Origin: Erysipelothrix inopinata | GTDB lineage: Bacteria > Bacillota_I > Bacilli_A > Erysipelotrichales > Erysipelotrichaceae | Direction of reading: 5' to 3' | DNA length: 32,000 nucleotides | NCBI RefSeq assembly: GCF_014396165.1 | Contig: NZ_CP060715.1 | Coordinates: forward strand, 1,080,001 to 1,112,000 | In this document: piece by piece, positions 1-8,800 of the stretch | Layout: every line of letters begins with the position of its first letter | Numbering within the stretch: the first letter of the stretch is position 1 | Program-made: the position numbers and the translations under genes | The notes under the pieces: generated by a model | Seen by the model: only the letters and a program-made list of their open reading frames with translations | Database searches by the model: none | Told to the model about the DNA's origin: nothing

Positions 1-1
1 T

Positions 2-883
2 TCACAGGTACTTGCGGGAGTTTGCATTGGTGCAAAAATTACGATGAATGATGTTAAAAACATCAAAAATTTGTATAAAGAAATTATCATGATAAACATA
101 GGTTTATTAGTGATTAGTATTACTTCAGGGTTACTCTTGTTTTATGTTTTCAAGTTATCTCCCTATGATTCATTCTTTGGATCAATTCCAGGAGGGATGA
201 CATCCATTCCAATAATCGCGATGGAATATGGTGCAAATCCAGTGAATGTCACCATTCTTCAATTTGTAAGACTCATCGTTGGCATTGGAATCTTCCCAAG
301 ATTGATATCAAAACAACTTAACTTATCCGTTAAAAAAGAACAGGATTCATCATATGAAAAAATGAATAAGTTAAGCACTAAAGATGCTTGGTTACAAAGT
401 ATCTTCACAATACTTACAACTTTAGTATTAGTAGCATTCCTAGAATATCTCAAGTTCCCATTAGGAACATTAGTACTCGCAATTGTAATTTCGGCACTCT
501 ACAACATTATTACAAGCAAGGCATATATTCGCGATGAGATTTATAGTTTAGCGCAGTTGTTACTAGGAATGTACATTGGAAGTGTTGTAGATATGAAAGG
601 TGTTGCATCGTTTAGTAGTTTAGTTTTACCGCTCTTATCCGCTGCATGTATCTTTGGTTTTGGAAGTTATTTCCTAGGGAAATTAATTAAGAAATACACT
701 GATTTTAATACTACAGAAGCATATTTCTCGGCGATTCCTGCGGGAGCTGCGGATGTAGGTTTGATTACGCAAGAACTTGGCGTATTCAGTAGCAAAATCG
801 TAGTCGTTCAGGTAGCAAGAGTGCTCATTGTGACACTCTTGTTCCCACCTATTATGGATTTTGTGATTCATTTATTAACATAA
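2..883 (+). CDS. AbrB-family (duplicated AbrB membrane domain, putative transporter) polytopic membrane protein, 5'-truncated by the window edge
   Basis: The frame stays open from nt 2 (SQVLAGVCIGAKIT-MNDV...), so the ATG at 44 is probably internal. Several hydrophobic helices. Motifs SIPGGMTSIPIIAMEYGANP and AIPAGAADVGLI are typical of this family. Stop codon at 881-883. Confidence 0.6.
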   Translation, partial: SQVLAGVCIGAKITMNDVKNIKNLYKEIIMINIGLLVISITSGLLLFYVFKLSPYDSFFGSIPGGMTSIPIIAMEYGANPVNVTILQFVRLIVGIGIFPRLISKQLNLSVKKEQDSSYEKMNKLSTKDAWLQSIFTILTTLVLVAFLEYLKFPLGTLVLAIVISALYNIITSKAYIRDEIYSLAQLLLGMYIGSVVDMKGVASFSSLVLPLLSAACIFGFGSYFLGKLIKKYTDFNTTEAYFSAIPAGAADVGLITQELGVFSSKIVVVQVARVLIVTLLFPPIMDFVIHLLT

Positions 884-899
884 CGAAGGAGGAATAGTT

Positions 900-2363
900 A
901 TGAAAAAAGTATTAATTGGAGGATTTGTTGCAGAGTCTAATCAACACGTCAGTCATCAAACACCTCTTGAGAAATTTGTATTGAAATATGGCGATGATGT
1001 AGCACGTTCACTTTATATTGACGAGTTAGCTAAAGAACATGATATTGAATTGATACCTTCACTTTATGCTGATGGTCGAGGCGGAGGAATTGTTAAGAAA
1101 GATGCATTTGATTATATTCAAAATGTTATCTTGAATGACGTTAAGAAATACTACCGTGATGTGGATGCAATTTTCATGTTCATCCATGGTGCAAGTCAAG
1201 TTGAGGAGTATGGTTCGGGAGATCATGAGTTAATCAAAAATATTCGTAAAATTGTTGGTGACTATCTACCAATCGTTATCGTCTCAGATCCTCATGGTAA
1301 CATCACAGAGAATTTCACGAAACATACGACCATCCACCGTACATTTAGACATTCACCACATACAGACCGTGCTGAATGTCACCACTTCACCTTTAAACTA
1401 CTCGTTGATTTGCTAGAGAATCGTCAAAATATCAAACCAGAAATTGCAAAAATTCCTGTAATGCTTGGTGGTGAGCGTTCTGTATCAACAGATGAGCCAA
1501 TGGTTACCATCAACGCGTATCTTGATGAACTTGAACGTGATGAGAGATTGTTGTCAGTATCGTTATTCATCGGTTATGTACGCCATGACAGTGATAAATG
1601 CGGTGCTGCCGCAGTCGTCGTTCCTGCAAAGGAAGAATACCAAGAGTATGCACAGGAAGTTGCTCGTAAAGTTCATAATTTTATGATTGATAAAGCAACA
1701 TCGTTTAAATTTCATGGAGAAGCACTCGAGCTCGACGAATCATTAGAGAATGCATTTAATACAGCTCAAGGCCCAATATACATTACAGATTCAGGTGACA
1801 ACTGTACAGCAGGAGCTGCAGGTTACGATACACATGTATTACGAGAAGTATTAAAACGAGAAAGTTTTAATGGCAAAAAAGTACTCTTTTCCTGTATTGC
1901 TGATCCAAACTTAATTATGAGTGATTTCAATGACAAGAAAGTTGGCGATTTCATCAGTGTCGAACTGGGAATGAATATCAATGAATATTCTCGTCCTGTC
2001 CATCTTGAAGGGGACATCATCGCAATCGGAAGATTGTATCATCACTATGGTGATGGTGACAGTATTGGCGCGTGTTATACTGTAAAAGTAAAGGATAAAG
2101 ATTTATACGTCGTCATTGCTGAACATGCAGTCTCATTCGCTGAGAAACGCCAATATGATATGGCAAATCTTGACTGGAATGATTATGATCTCATGATTGT
2201 GAAACAAGGTTACTTGTATCCTGACCTGAAGGCTCGTGCACAATATTATGTCATGGCACTTACAGATGGAGCAACAAATCAAAGAACAGAGAGACTCAAC
2301 TATAAGTTAATACGACGTCCAATGTATCCTTATGACCAAGTAGAAACACTAAAAAAATATTAG
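900..2363 (+). CDS. M81-family (MlrC-like) metallopeptidase homologue
   Basis: SD aaggagg at 886-892. The N-terminal KVLIGGFVAESNQ and DPHGNITEN motifs, the overall ~490 aa length and the two-domain layout match MlrC N/C domains. 16 nt gap from the upstream gene. Confidence 0.65.
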   Translation: MKKVLIGGFVAESNQHVSHQTPLEKFVLKYGDDVARSLYIDELAKEHDIELIPSLYADGRGGGIVKKDAFDYIQNVILNDVKKYYRDVDAIFMFIHGASQVEEYGSGDHELIKNIRKIVGDYLPIVIVSDPHGNITENFTKHTTIHRTFRHSPHTDRAECHHFTFKLLVDLLENRQNIKPEIAKIPVMLGGERSVSTDEPMVTINAYLDELERDERLLSVSLFIGYVRHDSDKCGAAAVVVPAKEEYQEYAQEVARKVHNFMIDKATSFKFHGEALELDESLENAFNTAQGPIYITDSGDNCTAGAAGYDTHVLREVLKRESFNGKKVLFSCIADPNLIMSDFNDKKVGDFISVELGMNINEYSRPVHLEGDIIAIGRLYHHYGDGDSIGACYTVKVKDKDLYVVIAEHAVSFAEKRQYDMANLDWNDYDLMIVKQGYLYPDLKARAQYYVMALTDGATNQRTERLNYKLIRRPMYPYDQVETLKKY

Positions 2364-2379
2364 TGATAAAGGAGTTAAG

Positions 2380-3174
2380 ATGATACTAAACAGATTCGGA
2401 CTATTATATTCATTATTTTCAATACTAAATCAAAAAAACCAATCAGATGCAGACTATATCATTGCGAAGTATCTTCTTGAGAACTATGAAAACATGGGTG
2501 ATCTAAACATCTACGATGTAGCAGATTCTTGCTATGTATCAAGGTATACAGTAAGACGCTTCTGCCAAGCCATAGGTTTTGAAAACTTTAGTGACCTTAA
2601 AAAGCAGTTTACAAAGTATGATGATGCCTACGAAAAGTATTTGATGATTTATCAACATGATGATTTCAACAGTTACTTCATGCAAGAAGTCAATGATACG
2701 GCAAAAGCAATTAATGCGATTGATGATAGTCTTATTGAAGATATTGCCTCAAAAATAAATGATAGTTCAGAAGTTGTATTCTTAACCTCAAGTATTGGAG
2801 CGACTGCTGTTGCTCAATTTCAACAAGGAATGATTTTCGCTAACAAAGTGATTCAAGTAGTAGGAGACCACTTTGAGAATCATCATCTTCTTAACTCCTT
2901 GGATGAAGATGATCTCTTAATTGTACTCTCAGGAAGCGCAGGAATTGCGAAAAGTATTGTTCCTCAACTTAAACAATATAAAGTAAAAACAGTCCTAATG
3001 ACTATGAATGAAGATGTTGATGATTTGTCTGAATATGATCATATTTATTCATTGCGAAATGTGAGCACGGATGATGCCCTCAGTGTTGTTCACATTAAAT
3101 ATGGATTTATGTTCTTTTTAGACAGATTGTTGTCATATTACATATCAGAGTATTCGGAGAAAGGAAATATGTAA
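2380..3174 (+). CDS. RpiR/MurR-family transcriptional regulator (HTH_6 + SIS domain)
   Basis: SD aaggag. N-terminal HTH (NIYDVADSCYVSRYTVRRFCQAIGF) followed by a SIS-like phosphosugar-binding fold (VVFLTSSIGATAV...LLIVLSGSAG). Confidence 0.75.
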   Translation: MILNRFGLLYSLFSILNQKNQSDADYIIAKYLLENYENMGDLNIYDVADSCYVSRYTVRRFCQAIGFENFSDLKKQFTKYDDAYEKYLMIYQHDDFNSYFMQEVNDTAKAINAIDDSLIEDIASKINDSSEVVFLTSSIGATAVAQFQQGMIFANKVIQVVGDHFENHHLLNSLDEDDLLIVLSGSAGIAKSIVPQLKQYKVKTVLMTMNEDVDDLSEYDHIYSLRNVSTDDALSVVHIKYGFMFFLDRLLSYYISEYSEKGNM

Positions 3175-3178
3175 AACG

Positions 3179-4561
3179 ATGAAAATTGATATAAAAAAGA
3201 TTAATTCACCAATGAAAGACAATAGTAAAGCTCCTGTATTAATTACAGATGCGACGATTGCAGAACGAAAAGAAAAGGTTCTCTCAAATATGAGAGAGGC
3301 AAATATAAGTTCACTTATTATTTATGCAGATAAGGAACATGGTGGAAACTTTGAATACTTAACTGGGTTTATTCCCCGTTTTGAAGAAGCACTTCAAGTC
3401 TTAAATGTAGATGGAAGTAGCACTTTAATTCTTGGTAACGAAAACTTTAATAAAGTAAGTAAATCACTGATTGAAAGTGAAGGTGTGCTCTGCCCATTAT
3501 TCTCACTCCCAAACCAGCCAATGGGTGATTTCAAGCCTGTTTCTCATTACTTGAAGGATGTAGCGATTGATGACTCTCAGTTTGTGGGCCTGGTTGATTG
3601 GAAATTACTGGCGAATGATTATGAAGCCTTCCATAAATTATCCTCAATACCTTCATATATCGTGGAAGGTATTAAAGAAGTAGTCGATGGTAATAAAGTT
3701 GTGAACGCTACTCAAATTTATATTCATCCTGAAAAGGGAGCACGAACTATTAATAACGCTAATGAAATTGCGCGTTACGAGTACGGATCATCCTTAGCTT
3801 CAGATGCTATCCTTGATGCAATGAATCATCTTCAAGAAGGATGTACAGAACTTGAAATAGGTAACTTACTACAATTGGAGGGACAAACCCCTAATGTTGT
3901 AACCATCTCAGCTTTCGGAAAACGCTTCGAACAAGCTAATATCTATCCAACATCTAAGAAACTCATGAATGGTGATGCTGTTGCTCTCACAGTGTCTTAT
4001 AAAGGTGGACTCTCGAGTCGTTCTGGTTTCGCAGTTAATAATGTCGAAGAACTCGAAACTGCTCAAAAAGGATACTTAGATAATATGGTAATTCCATATT
4101 ACCAAGCATACGTTTACTGGCTAGAAAATCTAAAAATAGGGATCAATGGACATGACTTTTATACTAAATTTAATGAGTTCTATCCACAATCTAAGTACGG
4201 ATGGGAACTTAATCCAGGCCATTTAACGTCTGATGAAGAATGGTTATCATCACCATTCTTTGAAAATTCAAAGGCAGATGTAAAAAGTGGTATGATATTT
4301 GCCGTTGATTTTATTCCTATTATGGAAGGATACAATGGTGTTTCAGCTGAAAGTACCGTAGCAGTAGCTGATGAAACTTTACGTAATGAGATTAAAACAC
4401 AATATCCAGACTTGTGGGATCGTATTGAAAATCGTAAAAAATATATCAAAGAAATCATTGGAATTGAACTTAGTAATGAATTATTGCCAATGACAAGCAC
4501 ACTTGGTTACTACAGACCTTTCTTATTGAATACCCGTGAGGCTTTAGTTGTAACTCAATAA
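3179..4561 (+). CDS. M24-fold (creatinase/prolidase/aminopeptidase-P-like) protein, possibly lacking the canonical metal ligands
   Basis: Creatinase_N-like N-terminus (ISSLIIYADKEHGGNFEYLTGF). C-terminal pita-bread region (GDAVALTVSYKGG..., PGHL, SGMIFAVDF, SAESTVAVADE). Start lies 4 nt after the upstream stop, suggesting translational coupling. Confidence 0.6.
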   Translation: MKIDIKKINSPMKDNSKAPVLITDATIAERKEKVLSNMREANISSLIIYADKEHGGNFEYLTGFIPRFEEALQVLNVDGSSTLILGNENFNKVSKSLIESEGVLCPLFSLPNQPMGDFKPVSHYLKDVAIDDSQFVGLVDWKLLANDYEAFHKLSSIPSYIVEGIKEVVDGNKVVNATQIYIHPEKGARTINNANEIARYEYGSSLASDAILDAMNHLQEGCTELEIGNLLQLEGQTPNVVTISAFGKRFEQANIYPTSKKLMNGDAVALTVSYKGGLSSRSGFAVNNVEELETAQKGYLDNMVIPYYQAYVYWLENLKIGINGHDFYTKFNEFYPQSKYGWELNPGHLTSDEEWLSSPFFENSKADVKSGMIFAVDFIPIMEGYNGVSAESTVAVADETLRNEIKTQYPDLWDRIENRKKYIKEIIGIELSNELLPMTSTLGYYRPFLLNTREALVVTQ

Positions 4562-4570
4562 AACTTTGAA

Positions 4571-4600
4571 ACACGCACATTAAACAGTGCGTGTTTTTTT
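4571..4600 (+). terminator. Intrinsic terminator ending the 4-gene operon
   Basis: Stem acacgcac (4571-4578) pairs with gtgcgtgt (4587-4594), 8 bp, followed by a T7 run. Confidence 0.8.
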
Positions 4601-4660
4601 ACCTATGCATTTTTAGCTGTCTGATACTTGGAACATTATAGTAAATAGAAATCTAAAAAT

Positions 4661-4669
4661 TGATATAAT
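4661..4669 (+). promoter_or_regulatory. Extended -10 promoter element (TGaTATAAT) upstream of the dprA-like gene
   Basis: tgatataat at 4661-4669, about 36 nt upstream of ATG 4705. No good -35 seen. Confidence 0.4.
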
Positions 4670-4704
4670 AAAGAAAAAAAGAATTTCGAGATAAGAGGTA
4701 CATT

Positions 4705-5676
4705 ATGGATAGAAACCAAATAATAATAACCCTTCTGAATATTAAAGGAATAGGGAATCAAACGATTCTAAAGCATGAATCGAAGATTAACGAAAATATG
4801 GATCAAGGTACATTGTATGACTTAATAATAAATAACATAAACAAGAATTTAGAATTTGATATATTCTCACAGGCGGTAGGTAAGTCAGAATTGATAATTA
4901 AGGAGTGTACTCAGAATAATATCTTGATTACTAATTTTTTACAAGATGATTATCCTGGAAAGCTACTGTCTCTTGATAACCCTCCAGTAATTTTATTCTA
5001 TAAAGGATCGATTGAACGACTACGTTCTCATCCATCTATAGCCATTGTGGGAACACGTGAACCCTCAAATTACGGTAAGGAAATTACGAAGCGCTATGCA
5101 GACTATGTTGCGAAAAATAATATCAATGTGATAAGCGGTCTGGCTAAAGGGATTGATAGTATTGCTCATGAATCTACAATTCAGGCAGGGGGTTATACTG
5201 CTGCCATTCTTGCACAAGGATTAAACACAGCTATCTATCCAAAGGAAAATAATGAACTAGCCGAAAGAATTCTTGCTAATAATGGTGCCCTTATCTCAGA
5301 GTATATGCCAGGTCTCATGCCTTCAAGAAATACATTTGTTGAAAGGGATAGAATTCAAAGTGGCACAAGTGATGGTGTTTTGGTTATTGAAGCTGCCAAA
5401 AAAAGTGGAACGATGCATGCTGCAAATTCTATTTTAAGTCTTGAGAGGACCCTTGGTGTATTCAAACACCCAGAAAAATATGTAGTGAATAATGATAAGG
5501 CGTTAGGCAATTCGATGCTCATAGATGAAAAGGGTGCCATGGCTGTTTTCTATGAAAGTGAACTCATGAATTTCATATCTTTAGTTAAAAAACACCACGA
5601 TTATTTTATAGGTAACCATGTTAATGCCAAAGATAATTTAGAAAGACAAGTTGATCAAATATCATTTGATATTTAA
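4705..5676 (+). CDS. dprA: DprA/Smf-family (DNA-processing protein A, SLOG/Rossmann fold) protein, divergent paralogue
   Basis: SD aagagg. N-terminal SAM/HhH-like LLNIKGIGNQTI. Core IAIVGTREPSNYGKE...ISGLAKGIDSIAHES...AILAQGL...YPKEN. Divergent FVERDRIQSG where the canonical sequence is FPxRNRIISG. About 40 aa C-terminal extension. Confidence 0.65.
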   Translation: MDRNQIIITLLNIKGIGNQTILKHESKINENMDQGTLYDLIINNINKNLEFDIFSQAVGKSELIIKECTQNNILITNFLQDDYPGKLLSLDNPPVILFYKGSIERLRSHPSIAIVGTREPSNYGKEITKRYADYVAKNNINVISGLAKGIDSIAHESTIQAGGYTAAILAQGLNTAIYPKENNELAERILANNGALISEYMPGLMPSRNTFVERDRIQSGTSDGVLVIEAAKKSGTMHAANSILSLERTLGVFKHPEKYVVNNDKALGNSMLIDEKGAMAVFYESELMNFISLVKKHHDYFIGNHVNAKDNLERQVDQISFDI

Positions 5677-5683
5677 GCTTCGT

Positions 5684-5708
5684 CGCACTAATTATCACAA
5701 TTAGTGTG
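5684..5708 (+). terminator. Possible weak terminator hairpin after the dprA-like gene
   Basis: cgcactaatt pairs with aattagtgtg (10 bp including one G-U), loop atcac. Only a 2-3 T tail follows, so efficiency is doubtful. Confidence 0.3.
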
Positions 5709-5776
5709 TTCACGTGAAAACTGAATGAAATTTTTTTAAAGGTGTTGTGTAATCATATCTCTGTATCGAAGTCTCT

Positions 5777-5785
5777 TGATATAAT
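5777..5785 (+). promoter_or_regulatory. Extended -10 promoter element (TGaTATAAT) for the large surface-protein gene
   Basis: tgatataat at 5777-5785, 42 nt upstream of ATG 5828. Confidence 0.45.
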
Positions 5786-5827
5786 TTGCTTAATCTACCC
5801 AACAATGGATGATTAGGAGAAAATAGT

Positions 5828-8800
5828 ATGAAAAGAATACTTAGTTTAATGATTGCAATTCTTTTAAGTATTATGGTGGTGCCAATATCAGCTGATACAC
5901 CCAATCTTAACGAAATGTTTTCAGATAACTTAATTGATATGGTTCGTTATGATGCAAAGAATCACGGTGTATCTGTAGATACAGATGAATCATTCATGAA
6001 TTACGTTAAGAGTATGACTCGTGTGGGATTTGTTCAACAAAATAGTGGTTTTTACGACAAAGTAACACCAACAGATTTTAGAGGTGTAGAATATTTTGAA
6101 AATGCAGAACAAATTGATGTTCCAATTATTGTTGGTTATGAACCGTCAACAAATGATAGTTATGTTGCGGTTAAAAATCTAGAGAAATTACCAGAAAAAT
6201 TTGTTAATTCAGGTAAAGAACTGAACTTGCTGCCTGGAGTATTCTATACTGAGCAACAAGTAGTTCTCCCTATTGATACAATTTACAATAACAACCCAGG
6301 CGGTCGTGAGAAGTGGCTAACACAAGAACAACTCTCATATTTTCGAAAAAACTTTGGATTACAAATGGGATCCTTGTTAGACCAATACAAAGGTCCTCGA
6401 GTAAAAGCAAAAATTGGTAGAAATGATATCTTAGTTAATAACTTTAATTGGATGTCTAATAAAAATCGAAATATTGATGTTGTCGTAGAACTTGGTAATA
6501 GTGATCGATTCATCGCGATGCCATTACATGAACACAAAATTGGAAATCAAGAATACTATGAAATAGATATCGTTGCAAATGATATTCCAGATGTAGTTGT
6601 TACGGAAACTTCTCAGTACCGAAAAGTTGATCCACAAGAAAAAACAATTGGAATTAACTTTGATATGATAAAAAAATATGTAAAAGATAACCTAACAGCA
6701 GGTGATAAGGACATTGCGGAATTTGAACTTCTTGTTGAATTAAAAGATGGTCAAAAATTCAATGTAAATCAAAGTTATAATCCTGCAGGTGGACAAAGTA
6801 ATCAAGATAAATTCTTTGTGCTAGGAAAGTCTTTACAAGGGCTTCGCGGTGAAATTAATACCATTACGTTGCGTTTTCCTGTGACAGATGATATCAAATC
6901 ACGTTTTGAATCAACATCTAATGCCTATAAAGACTATATGAGGATACCATTAGAAGATCTCCACTCAAAAGATGTTGTGAATCATCAGTACTTTACGAAA
7001 CAACAAGGACTTCAAATTGAATCTTACTACGTCAACAGTGATAATTCTTTACGGAAAGAGCCACACTCAGTAACGGTACATTTCCTCCCACTGTTTTCAA
7101 AACAGTATACTGTTGATTTTGTAAGCGATGGTGGCTATATTCTTCCACAAAGACTTTATTGGGAGCAAGCTCATATCGAACAACCTACTGATCCTGTTCG
7201 TCAAGGATACATCTTTAAAGGATGGTATTCAGATCGAGAGTTTACAAATAAATGGGACTTTGAAACCATGCAAGTATCATCTAGTATGAAATTGTTTGCA
7301 AAATGGGAATTAAAAGGAGTTACGGTTAAATTTCACTCGAATGGTGGCTCAGCGGTTGAAGATGTAAATCTACCCCCAAGTGGTGGACTCATTCCTCGCC
7401 CAGCAGATCCTACGCGTGATGGATTTAAATTTGTTGACTGGTACTCAGAACCAGAACTTAAATATGAATGGGCATTTGAACGTTATAAAGTTGATGAAGA
7501 CACTACTCTATATGCTAAATGGGAAGCATTGCCAGTAACTTATGATGTAACCTTCGAAACCAATGGCGGCTCGACAGTTACAGCACAATCAATCGAAGCT
7601 GGTAAGTTTGTAGTAGAGCCGACAGCTCCAACCAAAGCTGGCTTCACATTTGAAGGATGGTATAAGGATTCTTCACTTACTACAGTATGGAACTTCGCAA
7701 CGGATCCAGTAACTGAAGCAATGACACTCTATGCTAAATGGGAAGCAATTCCAGTGTTCTATGATGTGACATTTGAAAGCAATGGTGGCTCAACCGTCAC
7801 ATCACAATCAATCGAATCTGGTAAGTTTGTAGTAGAGCCAACAGCTCCAACAAAAACAGGATTCACATTCGAAGGTTGGTATAAAGATTCAACATTCACA
7901 ACAACATGGAGCTTCGCAACAGATCCAGTAACTGAAGCTACAACACTCTATGCGAAATGGGAAGCAATTCCAGTGTTCTATGATGTGACATTTGAAAGCA
8001 ATGGCGGCTCGACAGTCACAGCACAATCAATCGAAGCTGGTAAGTTTGTAGTAGAGCCGACAGCTCCAACCAAAGCTGGCTTCACATTTGAAGGATGGTA
8101 TAAGGATTCTTCACTTACTACAGTATGGAACTTCGCAACAGATCCAGTAACAGAAGCAACGACACTCTATGCGAAATGGGAAGTAATTCCAGTGTTCTAT
8201 GATGTGATATTTGAAAGCAATGGTGGCTCAACCGTCACAGCACAATCAATCGAATCTGGTAAGTTTGTAGTAGAGCCAACAGCACCAACAAAAACAGGAT
8301 TCACATTTGAAGGTTGGTATAAAGAATCAACATTCACAACAGCATGGAACTTCACAACAGATCCAGTAACAGAAGCTACAACTCTTTATGCGAAATGGGA
8401 AGCAATTCCTGTATTCTACGATGTCACCTTTGAAAGCAATGGTGGTTCGACAGTTAACCCTCAATCTATTGAATCCGGTAAATTTGTAGTAGAACCGACA
8501 GCTCCAACCAAAGCTGGATTCACATTTGAAGGTTGGTATAAAGAATCAACATTCACAACAACATGGAACTTCGCAACAGATCCAGTAACAGAAGCTACAA
8601 CTCTCTATGCGAAATGGGAAGCAATTCCTGTATTCTACGATGTGACATTCGAAAGTAACGGTGGCTCAACAGTCACAGCACAATCAGTCGAATCTGGTAA
8701 GTTTGTAGTAGAGCCTACAGAACCAACCAAAGCAGGGTTCACATTTGAAGGATGGTATAAAGATTCAACATTCACAACAGCATGGAACTTCGCAACAGAT

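Noticed and set aside
259-4500. Short ORFs 259-453(-), 683-871(-), 1465-1686(+), 1823-2020(-) and 4180-4500(-), lying inside or antisense to the first four genes.
   Set aside because: Each is fully embedded in a longer ORF with family motifs and an SD. They have no SD of their own and a composition typical of shadow frames.
5355-6537. ORFs 5355-5540(-), 5710-5904(-) and 6283-6537(-).
   Set aside because: They are antisense to the dprA-like and surface-protein genes. 5710-5904 also spans the promoter and SD region of the surface-protein gene. No SD and no recognisable motifs.
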